Shown here: one piece after another, positions 19,905 through 31,666 of the stretch
Layout: each line of letters starts with the position of its first letter
How positions within the stretch are numbered: position 1 is the first letter of the stretch
DNA from: Phyllobates terribilis
Taxonomy: Eukaryota
Assembly: GCF_046119375.1 (NCBI RefSeq)
Contig: NW_027362761.1
Span: 60,016,001 to 60,080,000, forward strand
Length of the DNA: 64,000 nucleotides
Direction of reading: 5' to 3'
Translations under genes and position numbers: made by a program
Notes under the pieces: model-generated
The model's database searches: none
The model's input: the letters and a program-made list of their open reading frames with translations, nothing else
Told to the model about the DNA's origin: nothing

Positions 19905-21317
19905 GTGGGCCCTTTTTTGTTCATCACTAGTATTTTGCTGCACCACCTCTGGCTTTAATAACAGCTTGCAGTCTCTGAGGCATGGACTTAATGAGTGACA
20001 AACAGTACTCTTCATCAATCTGGCTCCAACTTTCTCTGATTGCTGTTGCCAGATCAGCTTTGCAGGTTGGAGCCTTGTCATGGACCATTTTCTTCAACTT
20101 TCACCAAAGATTTTCAATTGGATTGAGATCCGGACTATTTGCAGGCCATGGCATTGACCTTATGTGTCTTCTTTCAAGGAATGTTTTCACAGTTTTTGCT
20201 CTATGGCAGAATGCATTATCATCTTGAAAAATGATGTCATCATCCCCAAACATCCTTTCAATTGATGGGATAAGAAAACTGTCCAAAATATTAATGTAAA
20301 CTTGGGCAATTATTGAAGATGTAATGACAGCCATCTCCCCAGTGCCTTTACCTGACATGCAGCCCCATATCATCAATGACTGTGGAAATTTGCATGTTCT
20401 CTTCATGCAGTCATCTTTATAAATCTCATTGGAATGGCACCAAACAAAAGTTCCAGCATCATCACCTTTCCCAATTCAGATTCACGATTCATCACTGAAT
20501 AAGACTTTCATCCAGTCATCCACAGTCCACGATTACTTTTCCTTAGCCCATTGTAACCTTGTTTTTTTCTGTTTAGGTGTTAATGATGGCTTATGTTTAG
20601 CTTTTCTGTATGTAAATCCCATTTCCTTTAGGCGGTTTCTTACAGTTCGGTCACAGACATTGACTCCAGTTTCCAACCATTTGTTCCTCATTTGTTTTGT
20701 TGTGCATTTCCTGTTTTGGAGACATATTGCTTTAAGTTTCAGGTCTTGATGCTTTGATGTCTTCCTTGGTCTACTAGTATGTTTGCCTTTAACCACCTTC
20801 CCATGTTGTTTGCATTTGGTCCAGATTTTAGACACAGCTGACTGTGAACATCCAACATATTTTGCAACATTGCGTGATGATTTTCCTTCTTTTAAGAGTT
20901 TGATAATCCTCTCCTTTGTTTCAATTGACATCTCTCGTGTTGGAGCCATGATTTATATCAGTCCACTTGGTGCAACAGCTCTCCAAGATGTGACCACTCC
21001 TTTTTAAATGCAGACTAACGAGCAGATCTACGTTGATGCAGGTGTTAGTTTTGGAAATGAAAATTTACAGCGTGATTCCATAATTTTTTCCTCAGAATTG
21101 AGCGATTCCATAATTTTTTCCCTGAAAAAAATTACCCTTACTGAGTACCACATTTTTAATCTTGATTTCTTTTAGCGTTTCTTAAAGCCCTAAAGTTGCC
21201 ATTTGAAATGACTTTAGTTTTGTGCCATGTCTGTGATCTGCTTTTTTTCAACAACATTAAACAACTGAATGAACATCCTCCGAGCCCGGTGATTCCATAA
21301 TTTTTTGCCAGGGGTTG
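19905..21317 (-). mobile_element. Tc1 (DD34E) transposon, defective, 3' TIR lost
   Basis: 5' TIR CAACCCCTGGCAAAAAATTATGGAATC next to TA. Transposase pieces MAPTREMSIETKERII... and FQDDNA...SPDLNPIE, with stop TAG near 19928. Confidence 0.88.
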
Positions 21318-22611
21318 TAAATAAAGAGTAAAATAAACACACACACACTGAAAATAAAACACTGTTTTTGAAATAAAACAGACACATTCTTTAATAATTT
21401 AAATTAACCAATATACTCACACCAGGGCCAATGGTAATCCAAGGTTAAAGCGATGTCCCACGTTTCTTTTTTGAAATATCTTTATTTAGCCAAGAGATGC
21501 AGAAACCTTGCAGAAATTTCTGCAGTTAAATACTGAATGTGCACACATAATCTTAAGGGTTAGTCAACTTTTATTTAGAGTATTGAATCGATCTGCAGCT
21601 CAACATCGATTTCATGAAATTCACAGGTCTCAGCAAATTTTAACATTGTATGATTCTATTTGTGAAAATCGCAAACTAATTTCCCAATGCCACTTTACAT
21701 GTTGCTGAAGATTACCTCAACCAGAGAGACGGTTAACATTATGTCAGACGTGGCCATGTGGGCTTCCCATAAAGTCTTGCAACTATTACATCACATGGTC
21801 TAGTGCAGCTAAGGGGGAATATCACAGCAACTATAAAATATGTATCAGGGAAAGCAGCAGCCATTTTAAAGCTTAAGGCTAGGAGGTTAGAGCATAAGCT
21901 CATCATTAAAGGTAATCTGTCAGCAGGTTTTTGCTATATAATCTAATAGCAGCACAGCATAAGGCAAGGAAGCTTGATTCCAGGGATGTATCACTTACTG
22001 GGCTGCTTGGTGTAGTTTTCATAGAATACCAGTTTTCTCGGTTGGAGATGTAGCAGTGCTAAGAGTTAAACGGTATATAAACCCACCCACACCCCTGACA
22101 GGCAGCTTCCTGTGTACACTTTACAATGTGAGCAAGCAGCTACTTATACAGTTTAGCCTGACTGACCTACACGTGAACTGTATTCAGATACTGTTAAAGG
22201 GGTTATCCACTACTAGGGCATCCCCATCTCATTTCTCATGTTTGGCCTTGTTAAAATGGAAACACCTATAGTCACCTCTCATGACGGCACTGTTCCAGCA
22301 ATGTTGGCACTCGCGTTCCTGGGGCTCACGTGAGGTTGTTACATAACACGAGCCCTGCGCCCAATCAGCAATGGCATCACTGTCCCCACCTTACGACATA
22401 TTGAACATCAACAGGAAGTCTGCGGCTGCTCTCTGACTTCCTCTTGGTGTTTGATTTGTCCGAAAGTGGGGACAGTGATGTCAGTACTGATTGGGCACAG
22501 GGCTCACGTGACATAACTTCACGTGAATCCTGGGAACGCGAGTGCCAACACCGCTGAAACAGTGCCGTCATGAGAGATGAGTATAGGTATTTTCATTTTA
22601 ACAGGACCAAA

Positions 22612-23583
22612 TGACGCGCCCCTGGGCCTGTGTCGCGCTGCGGTGCGCACGCGGGAGCTTACCCGGAGCCGGATCCGTGGAGGGTTGTAATCTCGTGGCG
22701 GTGACCCGGTCCGTGCCCAGGGAGTCAAACTAGACGGCAGTCTATTAGTAGTAAATAGTTGATGACTACGCCACCCGTTGAGTGCAGCCAGGAAGCTGCT
22801 GCTGCAGGGCAGACCGCTGAGGCCGGTGGTAGGATTGTGCAGCGTGATAGTATAACCCCCAACGGGAGGGGTATGGCCTCAGGGCAGCCGACGTGGATGA
22901 TGGGGGTAGCAGGAACCACTCAGAGACGGTACGGTGTAGTTCAGGGTCTTTACTGGTAACAACGACAGACCCTCCCGGAGTACTTGCTAGCAAACGGGGC
23001 CTGGTCAGTCTTTGAGCAGATGGGATCTCCCCTGGCCAAGCGTAGTTGTAGGCCTCCCAAACTGACTGTACTCTTCTGGCTACCTTGCTAGAAGCTGATG
23101 TAAGTAGCCCACGTCCCTGAGTGTACCGTGTGGTGCTCACCCGTATGGCCGGTGACTCGGGGCCTTCTAATGGCTTCCGCTCCACGATGGCGGTGCTGGT
23201 CCCACGCGTGTGACCGTGCCTTCGGGCTTCTGGGCCAGAGGACCTGAAATCCCCTGCCCGACGGATTCTGCTGCTGGGTAGGAGTTAGTCCCCACAGCCT
23301 CGGACTCCGGGTCCGGTAAAGAATCTTCTTAGTCAGGGCGAGCTCTGTAGCTGCCAGCCCCTGACTCCTTGTAACTCTGCTGTTTCCTATGCTGCTTCTC
23401 TTCTCCACTCTCCTTGTCTGACTCACCCTGCCTCAGCCCCGGGTTTATACAGGGGAAGTTCTTCCCCTCCCAAGACTGGGCAGGAGGTGTGGCATGCACA
23501 GGATCCCTGACCAAAGGACCTCCCACCTGCTCTCAGACATAATATCTCTATCACTGTGGCAACCAGACCCCTGGGGTGTCACA
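22612..23583 (-). repeat. 3' LTR of copy B
   Basis: Direct repeat of 29480-30451 (offset 6868). Confidence 0.97.
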
Positions 23584-23941
23584 TTCCCCCCTAGTGAAAT
23601 TTAGTACTCCGGGACTAAACACATTTAGAAAAACATAACAAAGTATAACAATAACAATACTATAAGAAAAACACATAAGATGGTTACGGCGTGTCCGCAA
23701 CCGGATGCAGTCTTTGAAGAAAAGCAAAGGTGTCCATTTCACCAACACAGGGAGACGTAACCAGGTAGGGGTCTGTCCTACCCCGAGTCCTTAACAGTCT
23801 CTAGTCCATCCTGGGTTACGCTCCAACTATATACAAGGATTCCCGGTAAATCCACCAAGGTTTCCTAAAAATAACTAGAAACACAAAATTATACACAAGC
23901 AACAAGACACAGAAAAACATAAATAAAACAATTTATACACT

Positions 23942-26900
23942 TTAAATTCTCCAGCGTGCGGGTAACTGGCCTCTAGTGGCCCGAGTGGACCTACGGAGCT
24001 GACTGTCTGGCCCTGAACTACAGGGTGTAGGAGCTGTCAAGGGTAAACTGGGCAGCTGTCTACCGGCTCTTTGTCTCACTAGGGGTACGGCAGGCTCACT
24101 ATAAGCAGAGGGTTGATTCTCCTGTTCTGCTTGTGTGGAGTCTTCTGCCTCCTGGACCGGCTGTTCTTCCAGCTCTACCCGTTGCTCCGTAGGTTCTTGG
24201 GATGATGGTTGGAGGAAGGTGAGTACGGGTACCACAACTGCACCATTGACTTGAGTCCAAGACTGAGGAAAGTCCCCGAGCACGGTACTAACCATATCTT
24301 CCCTTTCTTCCACGGGTCGATGGTCTTCTTGTTCCTCTTCAGGGTTCCTCAGTTGTTCGGGACACTTCTTCAGGTGGTCCCGGGATACAATGGCTGTGGT
24401 TTCCCCTCCGTCTTTACTGATGGTACAGACCTTCGGGTTCTCGTGGCTTGAGGGCAGTACGGTGTACGGGTCCTTCTCCCACTGGTCGTCCAACTTGTGG
24501 AGCCGTCTCTTCCTCTTCAAGACCTGCTCTCCGGGTACCAGGGGAACAGCGGGAGCATACTGGTTGTAAGTTTTCTCTTGTCTTTCCCTAGCCTGACAGA
24601 GACTTCGCTCCACGCTCTCCTGTACTCTCCGGTACTGCTGCTGCCTCTCTGTGTCCCAGTCTGTTTCTGGTGAAGTGTCCTCGGGGGTCAGGACTCCCAT
24701 TTCCAGGTCAACAGGTAACTTACCAGGTCTTGCCCTCATTAGGTAAGCCGGGGTACAGTTGGTGGAACCTACCGGGATGTGGTTGTATAGGTCCACCAGA
24801 TCGGGCAACTTTTCAGGCCACAGACTGCGTTCTTCCAGGGGCAACGTTTTTAGAAGATCCATTACCACCTGGTTCATTTTTTCACAAAGTCCATTAGTCT
24901 GCGGATGGTAGGGTGTCGTCCTTATCTTCCGGCAGCCATACAGATTGCAGAATTCCTGAAAGACCTCCGCTTCAAAGGCAGGTCCCTGGTCCGTCAGCAC
25001 TTGGTCCGGGTACCCGTGTGGACGGCAGAAGTGCTGCTGGAAGGCTCTAGCTGCTGTTTGAGCCGTTAAGTCCTTGACGGGGACGACAACCAAGAACCGG
25101 GAGTAATGATCCACGATGGTTAACGCGTAGACGTAGCCACTTCTGCTTGGGGTCAGTTTTACATGATCCAAGGCTACCAGTTCCAACGGTTGCCGGGTGA
25201 CGATGGACTGCAGGGGAGTCTTCTGGCTGGCTCGGTCCTTCCTTCTCAGGTTGCACGGGCCACAATCTCTGCACCACTTCTCGATGGTTCCCCTCATGCC
25301 TACCCAGTGGAACCGCTCGCGCAGCAGGAACTCCAGCTTTTTCCACCCAAAGTGTCCAGCTCCGTCGTGGTATGCCTCCATCACCATGGCTGCGTCTCTT
25401 CGTGGCACCACTACTTGCCAGAGTAATTCATGCGTCCGGGAGTTAACCATTCTGCGGCACAACTTCCCTTTGTAAAGGAACAGTCGACTCTTCTCTGCCC
25501 ATAGTTGTTTGGCTTCCTCCGGAGCGTCTGGTTCAAGGCGAGCCTCCGGCCGAGTCAGCATCTCCTTCACCAGTCGGACGGCAGGGTCGCTGTCTTGCGT
25601 TTCCGCCCAGTTGTAGTGGGGTAAGGGGTTCAACGTAGCAGCCTGCTTACTCCTTACCCGGTGGGAATACTGAATAGTCCCATGACGGTGGAACGCAGGG
25701 AGTTCAACTTCTTCCAGTCCCTCCGGATCTTCTCCTCCGTCCGGCAGGTTGGGCATCCTGGACAGGGCGTCCGCGTTGGTATTGGAGCGTCCTGCCCGGT
25801 ATTTAATTGTGAACTCGTAGTTGGACAGACGGGCCATCCACCTCTGCTCCAGGGCACCGAGTCTTGCCGTGTCCAGGTGTGTCAGCGGGTTGCTATCCGT
25901 GTACACGGTGAACCGGGAAGAAGCGAGGTAATGCTTAAAGCGCTCAGTGATTGCCCATACTACGGCCAGGAACTCTAACTTAAATGAGCTGTAATTCTCG
26001 GGGTTCCTTTCGGTGGGTCGCAGTTTTCGGCTGGCGTAGGCGATTACTCGTTCCTTCCCCTGCTGGATCTGGGACAGTACGGCTCCTAGCCCGATGTTAC
26101 TGGCGTCGGTGTAGAGGATAAAGGGCTGGCTATAATCCGGGTACGCCAGGATTTCGTCCCCCGTGAGGGCCATCTTCAGCTGGCGGAAGGACTCTTCTTC
26201 CAGCTCTTCCCATTTGAAGGGCGGCTTCTGGTTCTTGGCCTTCCGGGACTGGCCTATCAGGAGGTCCTGCATAGGTGCTGCCTTTTTGGTGAAACCGGGA
26301 ATAAACCTTCGGTAGTAGCCTACCAACCCGAGGAACTGCCGCACTTCTTTTACGCTGGAGGGGCTTGGCCATCCCTTAATTGCGGTGATCTTATCGGGGT
26401 CGGGAGCCACTCCATCAGCGCTCACCACGTGTCCCAGGTACTGCACCTTTGGTTTCAGGAGGTGACACTTGGAGGGTTTCACCTTTAGGCCGTAACTCGC
26501 CAGAGCCTCGAACACTTCCGCCAGGTGTTTCAGGTGGTCCTCATACGTCTTGGAATATACGATGACATCGTCCAGGTACAACAGGACCGTCTCGAAGTTT
26601 CTGTGGCCCAGACAACACTCCATTAGGCGTTGGAAGGTTCCTGGTGCGTTGCAGAGTCCGAACGGCATGCAGGTGAACTCGCTAAGTCCCATCGGGGTGG
26701 TGAATGCGGTCTTCTCCCGGTCCGCCTCTGCTACAGGAACCTGCCAGTACCCGCTAGTGAGATCCAAGGTAGAGAAGAAGTTAGCAGATCTTAAAGCAGC
26801 CAATGACTCCTCTATCCTTGGTAAGGGGTACGCATCCTTGTGTGTGATACGGTTGATTTTCCGGTAATCTACACACATCCTCATGGTGTTGTCTTTCTTT

Positions 26901-27997
26901 TTGACTAAAACTAATGGGGCTGCCCAGGGGCTACAACTATCCCGGATTACCCCAGCCTCCTTCATATCTCTAAGCATCCCCTTGGCGTGTTGGTAATGTG
27001 CAGGGGGTACGGGTCGATACCTCTCTTTTATGGGAGGATGATCTCCCGTGGGGATGCGATGTTCTACCCCCTTGACTCGCCCGAAGTCTAACGGGTGTTT
27101 ACTAAACACTCTCTCATACTCTTGAACCACCCGATAGACTCCTTGTTTCTGATGTGAGGGAGTGGAGTCAGTACCCAAATGTAGTTGCTGACACCAGTCC
27201 TCCATGTCTTTCTTAGAGCCGTTACCTTCCTCCGGGTGAGATGGAGGCAAGGGTTCCACAGATTGTATAGAACTTTGATTAGTGGTATATAATTTGGCTA
27301 GCGTGGCATACCGGGGCAGGTACACTTCCCTCTCCCCGATATTTATTATGCGAATGGGCACCCTCCCATGGCGTACATTGACCACCCCCCGTGCTGTCAA
27401 AATGGTGGGCCTACTGTCTGAGTAAACTGGTTCTACCATTGCCTGGTAATCTCTACCTCTCAGACCAATAGCTGCCCGGCACCAAATCATCATTTCACTT
27501 TTTGGGGGCATGGCAATAGGAAAAGGGTCACACATTCTTACGCTACCAATCTCACCGCCGGAGAGTTCCACTTGTTGCCGTTGCATCAGTGCCCGGATCT
27601 CTTTCTGGAGCACCCGCTGCTCGCCGGAGCTGGCATTCTTGGCAACCTGCTGTAAAAGGAAAATCACCTCTGCAAGACAATTTTCAATTACATTAGTTCC
27701 TAGAGTTATTTTTGGGTGACTCTCATGTTTATCGATATCTACAATGATCAGTCCCTGTGCGGCCAGTTCGACTCTACCAATTTTGATGGTCACCTCTTTA
27801 AATCCGATCTGTGGCACGGGCTGACCATTGCTGGCGATGATACTCAAGTCGTCGTCGGGGTAGCGGGTAATATCCGAGTCATTCCAGTACTGCTTGAAGA
27901 GCACGTACGGGATGGTGGTGACCTGTGACCCGGTGTCCAGTAGGGCACTCATGGGAATGCCATCCAGTACCACAGGCAAGACTGGACGTCCTCCCAC
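23942..27997 (-). CDS. pol: Pol polyprotein (protease, RT, RNase H, integrase); probably expressed as Gag-Pol by -1 frameshift
   Basis: 1351 codons with no stop. LLDTGS, YLDD, LYTDAS, H-H-C-C finger, D-D-E (LDH / TDQG / CEK) and DPY (GPY/F-like). The frame stays open upstream to the slippery site at 28072-28078. The track's 'M' is a GTG valine. Confidence 0.95.
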   Translation of the reverse strand: MGGRPVLPVVLDGIPMSALLDTGSQVTTIPYVLFKQYWNDSDITRYPDDDLSIIASNGQPVPQIGFKEVTIKIGRVELAAQGLIIVDIDKHESHPKITLGTNVIENCLAEVIFLLQQVAKNASSGEQRVLQKEIRALMQRQQVELSGGEIGSVRMCDPFPIAMPPKSEMMIWCRAAIGLRGRDYQAMVEPVYSDSRPTILTARGVVNVRHGRVPIRIINIGEREVYLPRYATLAKLYTTNQSSIQSVEPLPPSHPEEGNGSKKDMEDWCQQLHLGTDSTPSHQKQGVYRVVQEYERVFSKHPLDFGRVKGVEHRIPTGDHPPIKERYRPVPPAHYQHAKGMLRDMKEAGVIRDSCSPWAAPLVLVKKKDNTMRMCVDYRKINRITHKDAYPLPRIEESLAALRSANFFSTLDLTSGYWQVPVAEADREKTAFTTPMGLSEFTCMPFGLCNAPGTFQRLMECCLGHRNFETVLLYLDDVIVYSKTYEDHLKHLAEVFEALASYGLKVKPSKCHLLKPKVQYLGHVVSADGVAPDPDKITAIKGWPSPSSVKEVRQFLGLVGYYRRFIPGFTKKAAPMQDLLIGQSRKAKNQKPPFKWEELEEESFRQLKMALTGDEILAYPDYSQPFILYTDASNIGLGAVLSQIQQGKERVIAYASRKLRPTERNPENYSSFKLEFLAVVWAITERFKHYLASSRFTVYTDSNPLTHLDTARLGALEQRWMARLSNYEFTIKYRAGRSNTNADALSRMPNLPDGGEDPEGLEEVELPAFHRHGTIQYSHRVRSKQAATLNPLPHYNWAETQDSDPAVRLVKEMLTRPEARLEPDAPEEAKQLWAEKSRLFLYKGKLCRRMVNSRTHELLWQVVVPRRDAAMVMEAYHDGAGHFGWKKLEFLLRERFHWVGMRGTIEKWCRDCGPCNLRRKDRASQKTPLQSIVTRQPLELVALDHVKLTPSRSGYVYALTIVDHYSRFLVVVPVKDLTAQTAARAFQQHFCRPHGYPDQVLTDQGPAFEAEVFQEFCNLYGCRKIRTTPYHPQTNGLCEKMNQVVMDLLKTLPLEERSLWPEKLPDLVDLYNHIPVGSTNCTPAYLMRARPGKLPVDLEMGVLTPEDTSPETDWDTERQQQYRRVQESVERSLCQARERQEKTYNQYAPAVPLVPGEQVLKRKRRLHKLDDQWEKDPYTVLPSSHENPKVCTISKDGGETTAIVSRDHLKKCPEQLRNPEEEQEDHRPVEEREDMVSTVLGDFPQSWTQVNGAVVVPVLTFLQPSSQEPTEQRVELEEQPVQEAEDSTQAEQENQPSAYSEPAVPLVRQRAGRQLPSLPLTAPTPCSSGPDSQLRRSTRATRGQLPARWRI

Positions 27998-28019
27998 ATA
28001 TCTGTCGCGCCAGTTCGAT

Positions 28020-28078
28020 GGGCCTGGTGATCTTTTTCCTGGGGGTTGGCCCTCTACCCCAGGTTGTGCCCGTTTAAA
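28020..28078 (-). promoter_or_regulatory. -1 frameshift signal, copy B
   Basis: TTTAAAC and both predicted stems are identical to copy A; one change in the spacer. Confidence 0.85.
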
Positions 28079-29034
28079 GAACAGTACCTTGCCATATGTC
28101 CGGGTTGATTGCAGCGGCGGCAGATGGGTCGTCCGTCCTCACTGTATCGGTCACTGGGTCTTCCTCTGGCCGGTGGGGTCCTCCTTGGTCGACGCCACGG
28201 GATGTCCTCCGGTCCGGATGCCAGCTGGATCTTCCCTGGGGTGGAAACCTGTAAAGACTGCACAGTTCGGGTTAGCGCAGCAACGCTCTTAGCTAGCTCT
28301 TGGACCTGATGGTGTAGGTCTGGAGCCGGGTCATTGTCCAAAGCCTGCGCATCAGCTCCCACAGGCCCTGCTGACAAGGGCGCCGCCTCCTGGTAGTAAG
28401 TGGTAGTGGGGCGTCTGTGGGTCACAACGCCACCTGGTGCCGGTTCTCGGAGCACCCGGATGGCTCTGTCCTTGAACTGTGCAAAGTCCAGATGGGGATC
28501 CTGTAAGGCCATTGCCCGCAACTGGGTTCGGTGGGCATTGCAATATAAACCCTCTATAAATTGTTCAGTCAACAGCCTGTCCTCGTTTCCCACCCCATCA
28601 GGGTCGGTCTGCTTTATGGCCCTCAGGGCCTCTTGTAGGTTTAGTGCATAGTCCCTTATACTCTCATGCGCTCGCTGCTTGCACCCGTAGAATCTAAGCT
28701 TAATCTCGGCTGAGGTGCGGGTATCAAAGGTGTCCTTCAGCCGGGTTAGTATCCCTGCGACAGTCTTCCTCCCAGGTGGCCAGGATTTTACTTCCCTTTT
28801 GGCTGCCCCGGTTAGTTGGGCCACCAGGATGCTCACTTTTTGCTCTTCTGTGAGGGGGTACACCTGGAAGAGGCTATCCAGCTTTTCTCTAAAGTCATGC
28901 AGGGTATGTGACTCCCCTGAGTACTGGGGTAGCCAAGCTGCTCCCGGTATATAGGGCATGGTGAAGGGCATAACTGCAGCAGCGGTAGCGCTGGCGGGGG
29001 TTGAGGCAGTGAAGCTCTCCTCCGTATCCGACAT
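28054..29034 (-). CDS. gag: Gag (capsid plus a single CCHC knuckle), 326 aa
   Basis: ATG start, uninterrupted ORF and CX2CX4HX4C near the C-terminus. Confidence 0.94.
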   Translation of the reverse strand: MSDTEESFTASTPASATAAAVMPFTMPYIPGAAWLPQYSGESHTLHDFREKLDSLFQVYPLTEEQKVSILVAQLTGAAKREVKSWPPGRKTVAGILTRLKDTFDTRTSAEIKLRFYGCKQRAHESIRDYALNLQEALRAIKQTDPDGVGNEDRLLTEQFIEGLYCNAHRTQLRAMALQDPHLDFAQFKDRAIRVLREPAPGGVVTHRRPTTTYYQEAAPLSAGPVGADAQALDNDPAPDLHHQVQELAKSVAALTRTVQSLQVSTPGKIQLASGPEDIPWRRPRRTPPARGRPSDRYSEDGRPICRRCNQPGHMARYCSLNGHNLG

Positions 29035-29456
29035 CTTCCTCCCCCCTAGTGGACCGTGGCCTACCTTGCGATGATCCTCTTCCGTAGGCCGCGGCTCCGC
29101 AGTGGATCGTCAGGGTTGAGGACCTTCCGTCGCGCTCCTGTGACATCGGCGTCTGCTGGGCTCCTTCCAGGACCTTACGCAACGTCCGGACGTGAGGCGG
29201 GGCTTCAGTTCTCGCGCGCTTTCGGAGTCCACGCCCCTCTTCTTCCCGCGCGGCGTCCTCAAGATGGCGTCCAATGGCGGGAAAACTCCACGGATGGCGG
29301 GAAGAAGGTCGAAGATGGCGCCGGATGGCGGGAAAACTTCGCGGATGGCGGGAAGAAGGTAGAAGATGGCGCCGGATGGCGGGAAACCTTCACCACTGGT
29401 AAGTTTGAACAGTCTTTGCTTTTCAGGCACGCAGTACCCGGTGGTTGCGGGCACGA

Positions 29457-29475
29457 AATCCTGCCGACTACGCCA
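29457..29475 (-). promoter_or_regulatory. tRNA-Ser primer-binding site, copy B
   Basis: Minus strand reads TGGCGTAGTCGGCAGGATT, starting 4 nt after the LTR end. Confidence 0.9.
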
Positions 29476-29479
29476 AAGT

Positions 29480-30451
29480 TGACGCGCCCCTGGGCCTGTG
29501 TCGCGCTGCGGTGCGCACGCGGGAGCTTACCCGGAGCCGGATCCGTGGAGGGTTGTAATCTCGTGGCGGTGACACGGTCCGTGCCCAGGGAGTCAAACTA
29601 GACGGCAGTCTATTAGTAGTAAATAGTTGATGACTACGCCACCCGTTGAGTGCAGCCAGGAAGCTGCTGCTGCAGGGCAGACCGCTGAGGCCGGTGGTAG
29701 GATTGTGCAGCGTGATAGTATAACCCCCAACGGGAGGGGTATGACCTCAGGGCAGCCGACGTGGATGATGGGGGTAGCAGGAACCACTCAGAGACGGTAC
29801 GGTGTAGTTCAGGGTCTTTACTGGTAACAACGACAGACCCTCCCGGAGTACTTGCTAGCAAACGGGGCCTGGTCAGTCTTTGAGCAGATGGGATCTCCCC
29901 TGGCCAGGCGTAGTTGTAGGCCTCCCAAACTGACTGTACTCTTCTGGCTACCTTGCTAGAAGCTGATGTAAGTAGCCCACGTCCCTGAGTGTACCGTGTG
30001 GTGCTCACCCGTATGGCCGGTGACTCGGGGCCTTCTAATGGCTTCCGCTCCACGATGGCGGTGCTGGTCCCACGCGTGTGACCGTGCCTTCGGGCTTCTG
30101 GGCCAGAGGACCTGAAATCCCCTGCCCGACGGATTCTGCTGCTGGGTAGGAGTTAGTCCCCACAGCCTCGGACTCCGGGTCCGGTAAAGAATCTTCTTAG
30201 TCAGGGCGAGCTCTGTAGCTGCCAGCCCCTGACTCCTTGTAACTCTGCTGTTTCCTATGCTGCTTCTCTTCTCCACTCTCCTTGTCTGACTCACCCTGCC
30301 TCAGCCCCGGGTTTATACAGGGGAAGTTCTTCCCCTCCCAAGACTGGGCAGGAGGTGTGGCATGCACAGGATCCCTGACCAAAGGACCTCCCACCTGCTC
30401 TCAGACATAATATCTCTATCACTGTGGCAACCAGACCCCTGGGGTGTCACA
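29480..30451 (-). repeat. 5' LTR of copy B
   Basis: TGTGACACCCC...GGGGCGCGTCA on the minus strand. The TATA-like box is TGTATAAA. Confidence 0.97.
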
Positions 30452-31028
30452 CCAAACATGAGGAATGAGAAAGGGGTTGTTCTAATAGTGGACAAACCCT
30501 TTTAATCTCCTGCTGATAAAATGCTGATTGCATTGAAACTACAACACACAGCCTAATAAGTGACACATCCCTGGAATCAGGCTCTCTTGCCCTATATTAT
30601 GTTACTCTCAGATTAAATAGAAAAAATCTGCTGACAGACTAACTTTAAATGTATTAAGGGAAGAACGGCACTCCTTTTTATAACATAGGTGCACGGATTG
30701 AGTCCCACTCCTTAAAACTCAAAAACAATGGAATCCGGCACTCTTTGCATTATTTTATTCATACAATAGTAGTGTGCACAGATATAAATAACATTTTAGT
30801 CAAGTTGACCTTCTTGATCATTCACATGGGCACGCACAGCGACCGAGATTGCTCTACAATATAAGCACCTACGGCCAATATCCAAGACACATGGGACAAA
30901 CGCCTGCAGAGTCTCCCACAGTGGCAGCATGACCATAACTATACCTCTACCATACCCCTGGATCCAAGAGCCAGTGGACTGCACTTTGAATTCTTGATCA
31001 GCCGGAATCTCTATTCCACACATATGTA

Positions 31029-31666
31029 CAGTGGGGAAAAAAAATATTTAGTCAGCCACCAATTGTGCAAGTTCTCTCACTTAAAAAGATGAGAGAGGCC
31101 TGTAATTGACATCATAGGTAGACCTCAACTATGAGAGACAAAATGAGAAAACAAATCCTGAAAATCACATTGTCTGATTTGGAAACAAATTTTTTTCAAA
31201 TTTTGGTGGAAAATACATATTTGGTCAATTACAAACAAGCAAGATTTCTGGCTCTCACAGACCTGTAACTTCTTCTTTAAGAGGCTCCTCTGTCCTCCAC
31301 TCATTACCTGTAGTACTGGCACCTGTTTGAATTTGTTATCAGTATAAAAGACACCTGTCCGCAACCTCAAACAGTCACACTCCAAACTTCACTATGGTGA
31401 AGACCAAAGAGCTGTCGAAGGACACCAGAAACAAAATTGTAGCCCTGCACCAGGCTGGGAAGACAGAATCTGCAATAGGCAAGCAGCTTGGTGTGAAGAA
31501 ATCAACTGTGGGAGCAATAATTAGAAAATGGAAGACATACAAGACCACTGATAATCTCCCTCGATCTGGGGCTCCACACAAGATCTCACCCCGTGGGGTC
31601 AAAATGATCTCAAGAACGGTGAGCAAAAATCCCACAAGCACACGGGAGGCCCTAGCGAATGACCTG
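31029..31666 (+). mobile_element. 5' fragment of a Tc1 (CAGTGGGGAAAA family)
   Basis: TA|[46 protein letters not shown] from 31394. Homologous to 39327-40881 and truncated at about 31666. Confidence 0.9.

Larger units (their letters stand above)
22612..30451 (-). mobile_element. Full-length Ty3/Gypsy LTR retrotransposon, copy B, ORFs intact
   Basis: Two 972-bp LTRs (22612-23583 and 29480-30451; 3 differences seen), PBS at 29457-29475, PPT at 23584-23592 and a 5-bp TSD CCAAA (22607-22611 / 30452-30456). Confidence 0.98.
22194..30505. mobile_element. Second TTAA MITE, nested in the first and split by Gypsy B
   Basis: TTAAAGGGGTTATCCACTA ... TAGTGGACAAACCCTTTTAA. The long internal inverted symmetry continues across the Gypsy insertion. 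Confidence 0.8.
21906..30648. mobile_element. TTAA-flanked MITE split by nested insertions (arms 21906-22193 and 30506-30648)
   Basis: TTAAAGGTAATCTGTCAGCAGG ... CTGCTGACAGACTAACTTTAA. The arms are inverted homologues. Confidence 0.7.

Noticed and set aside
21470-21800. Possible L1/Tx1 3' end on the minus strand (AATAAA plus A-rich tail)
   Set aside because: Too degraded to support a call; no recognisable ORF2 motif.
30660-31026. Possible second Penelope pLTR on the minus strand
   Set aside because: Only stylistic resemblance. The end where a hammerhead would lie is cut off by the Tc1 at 31029.
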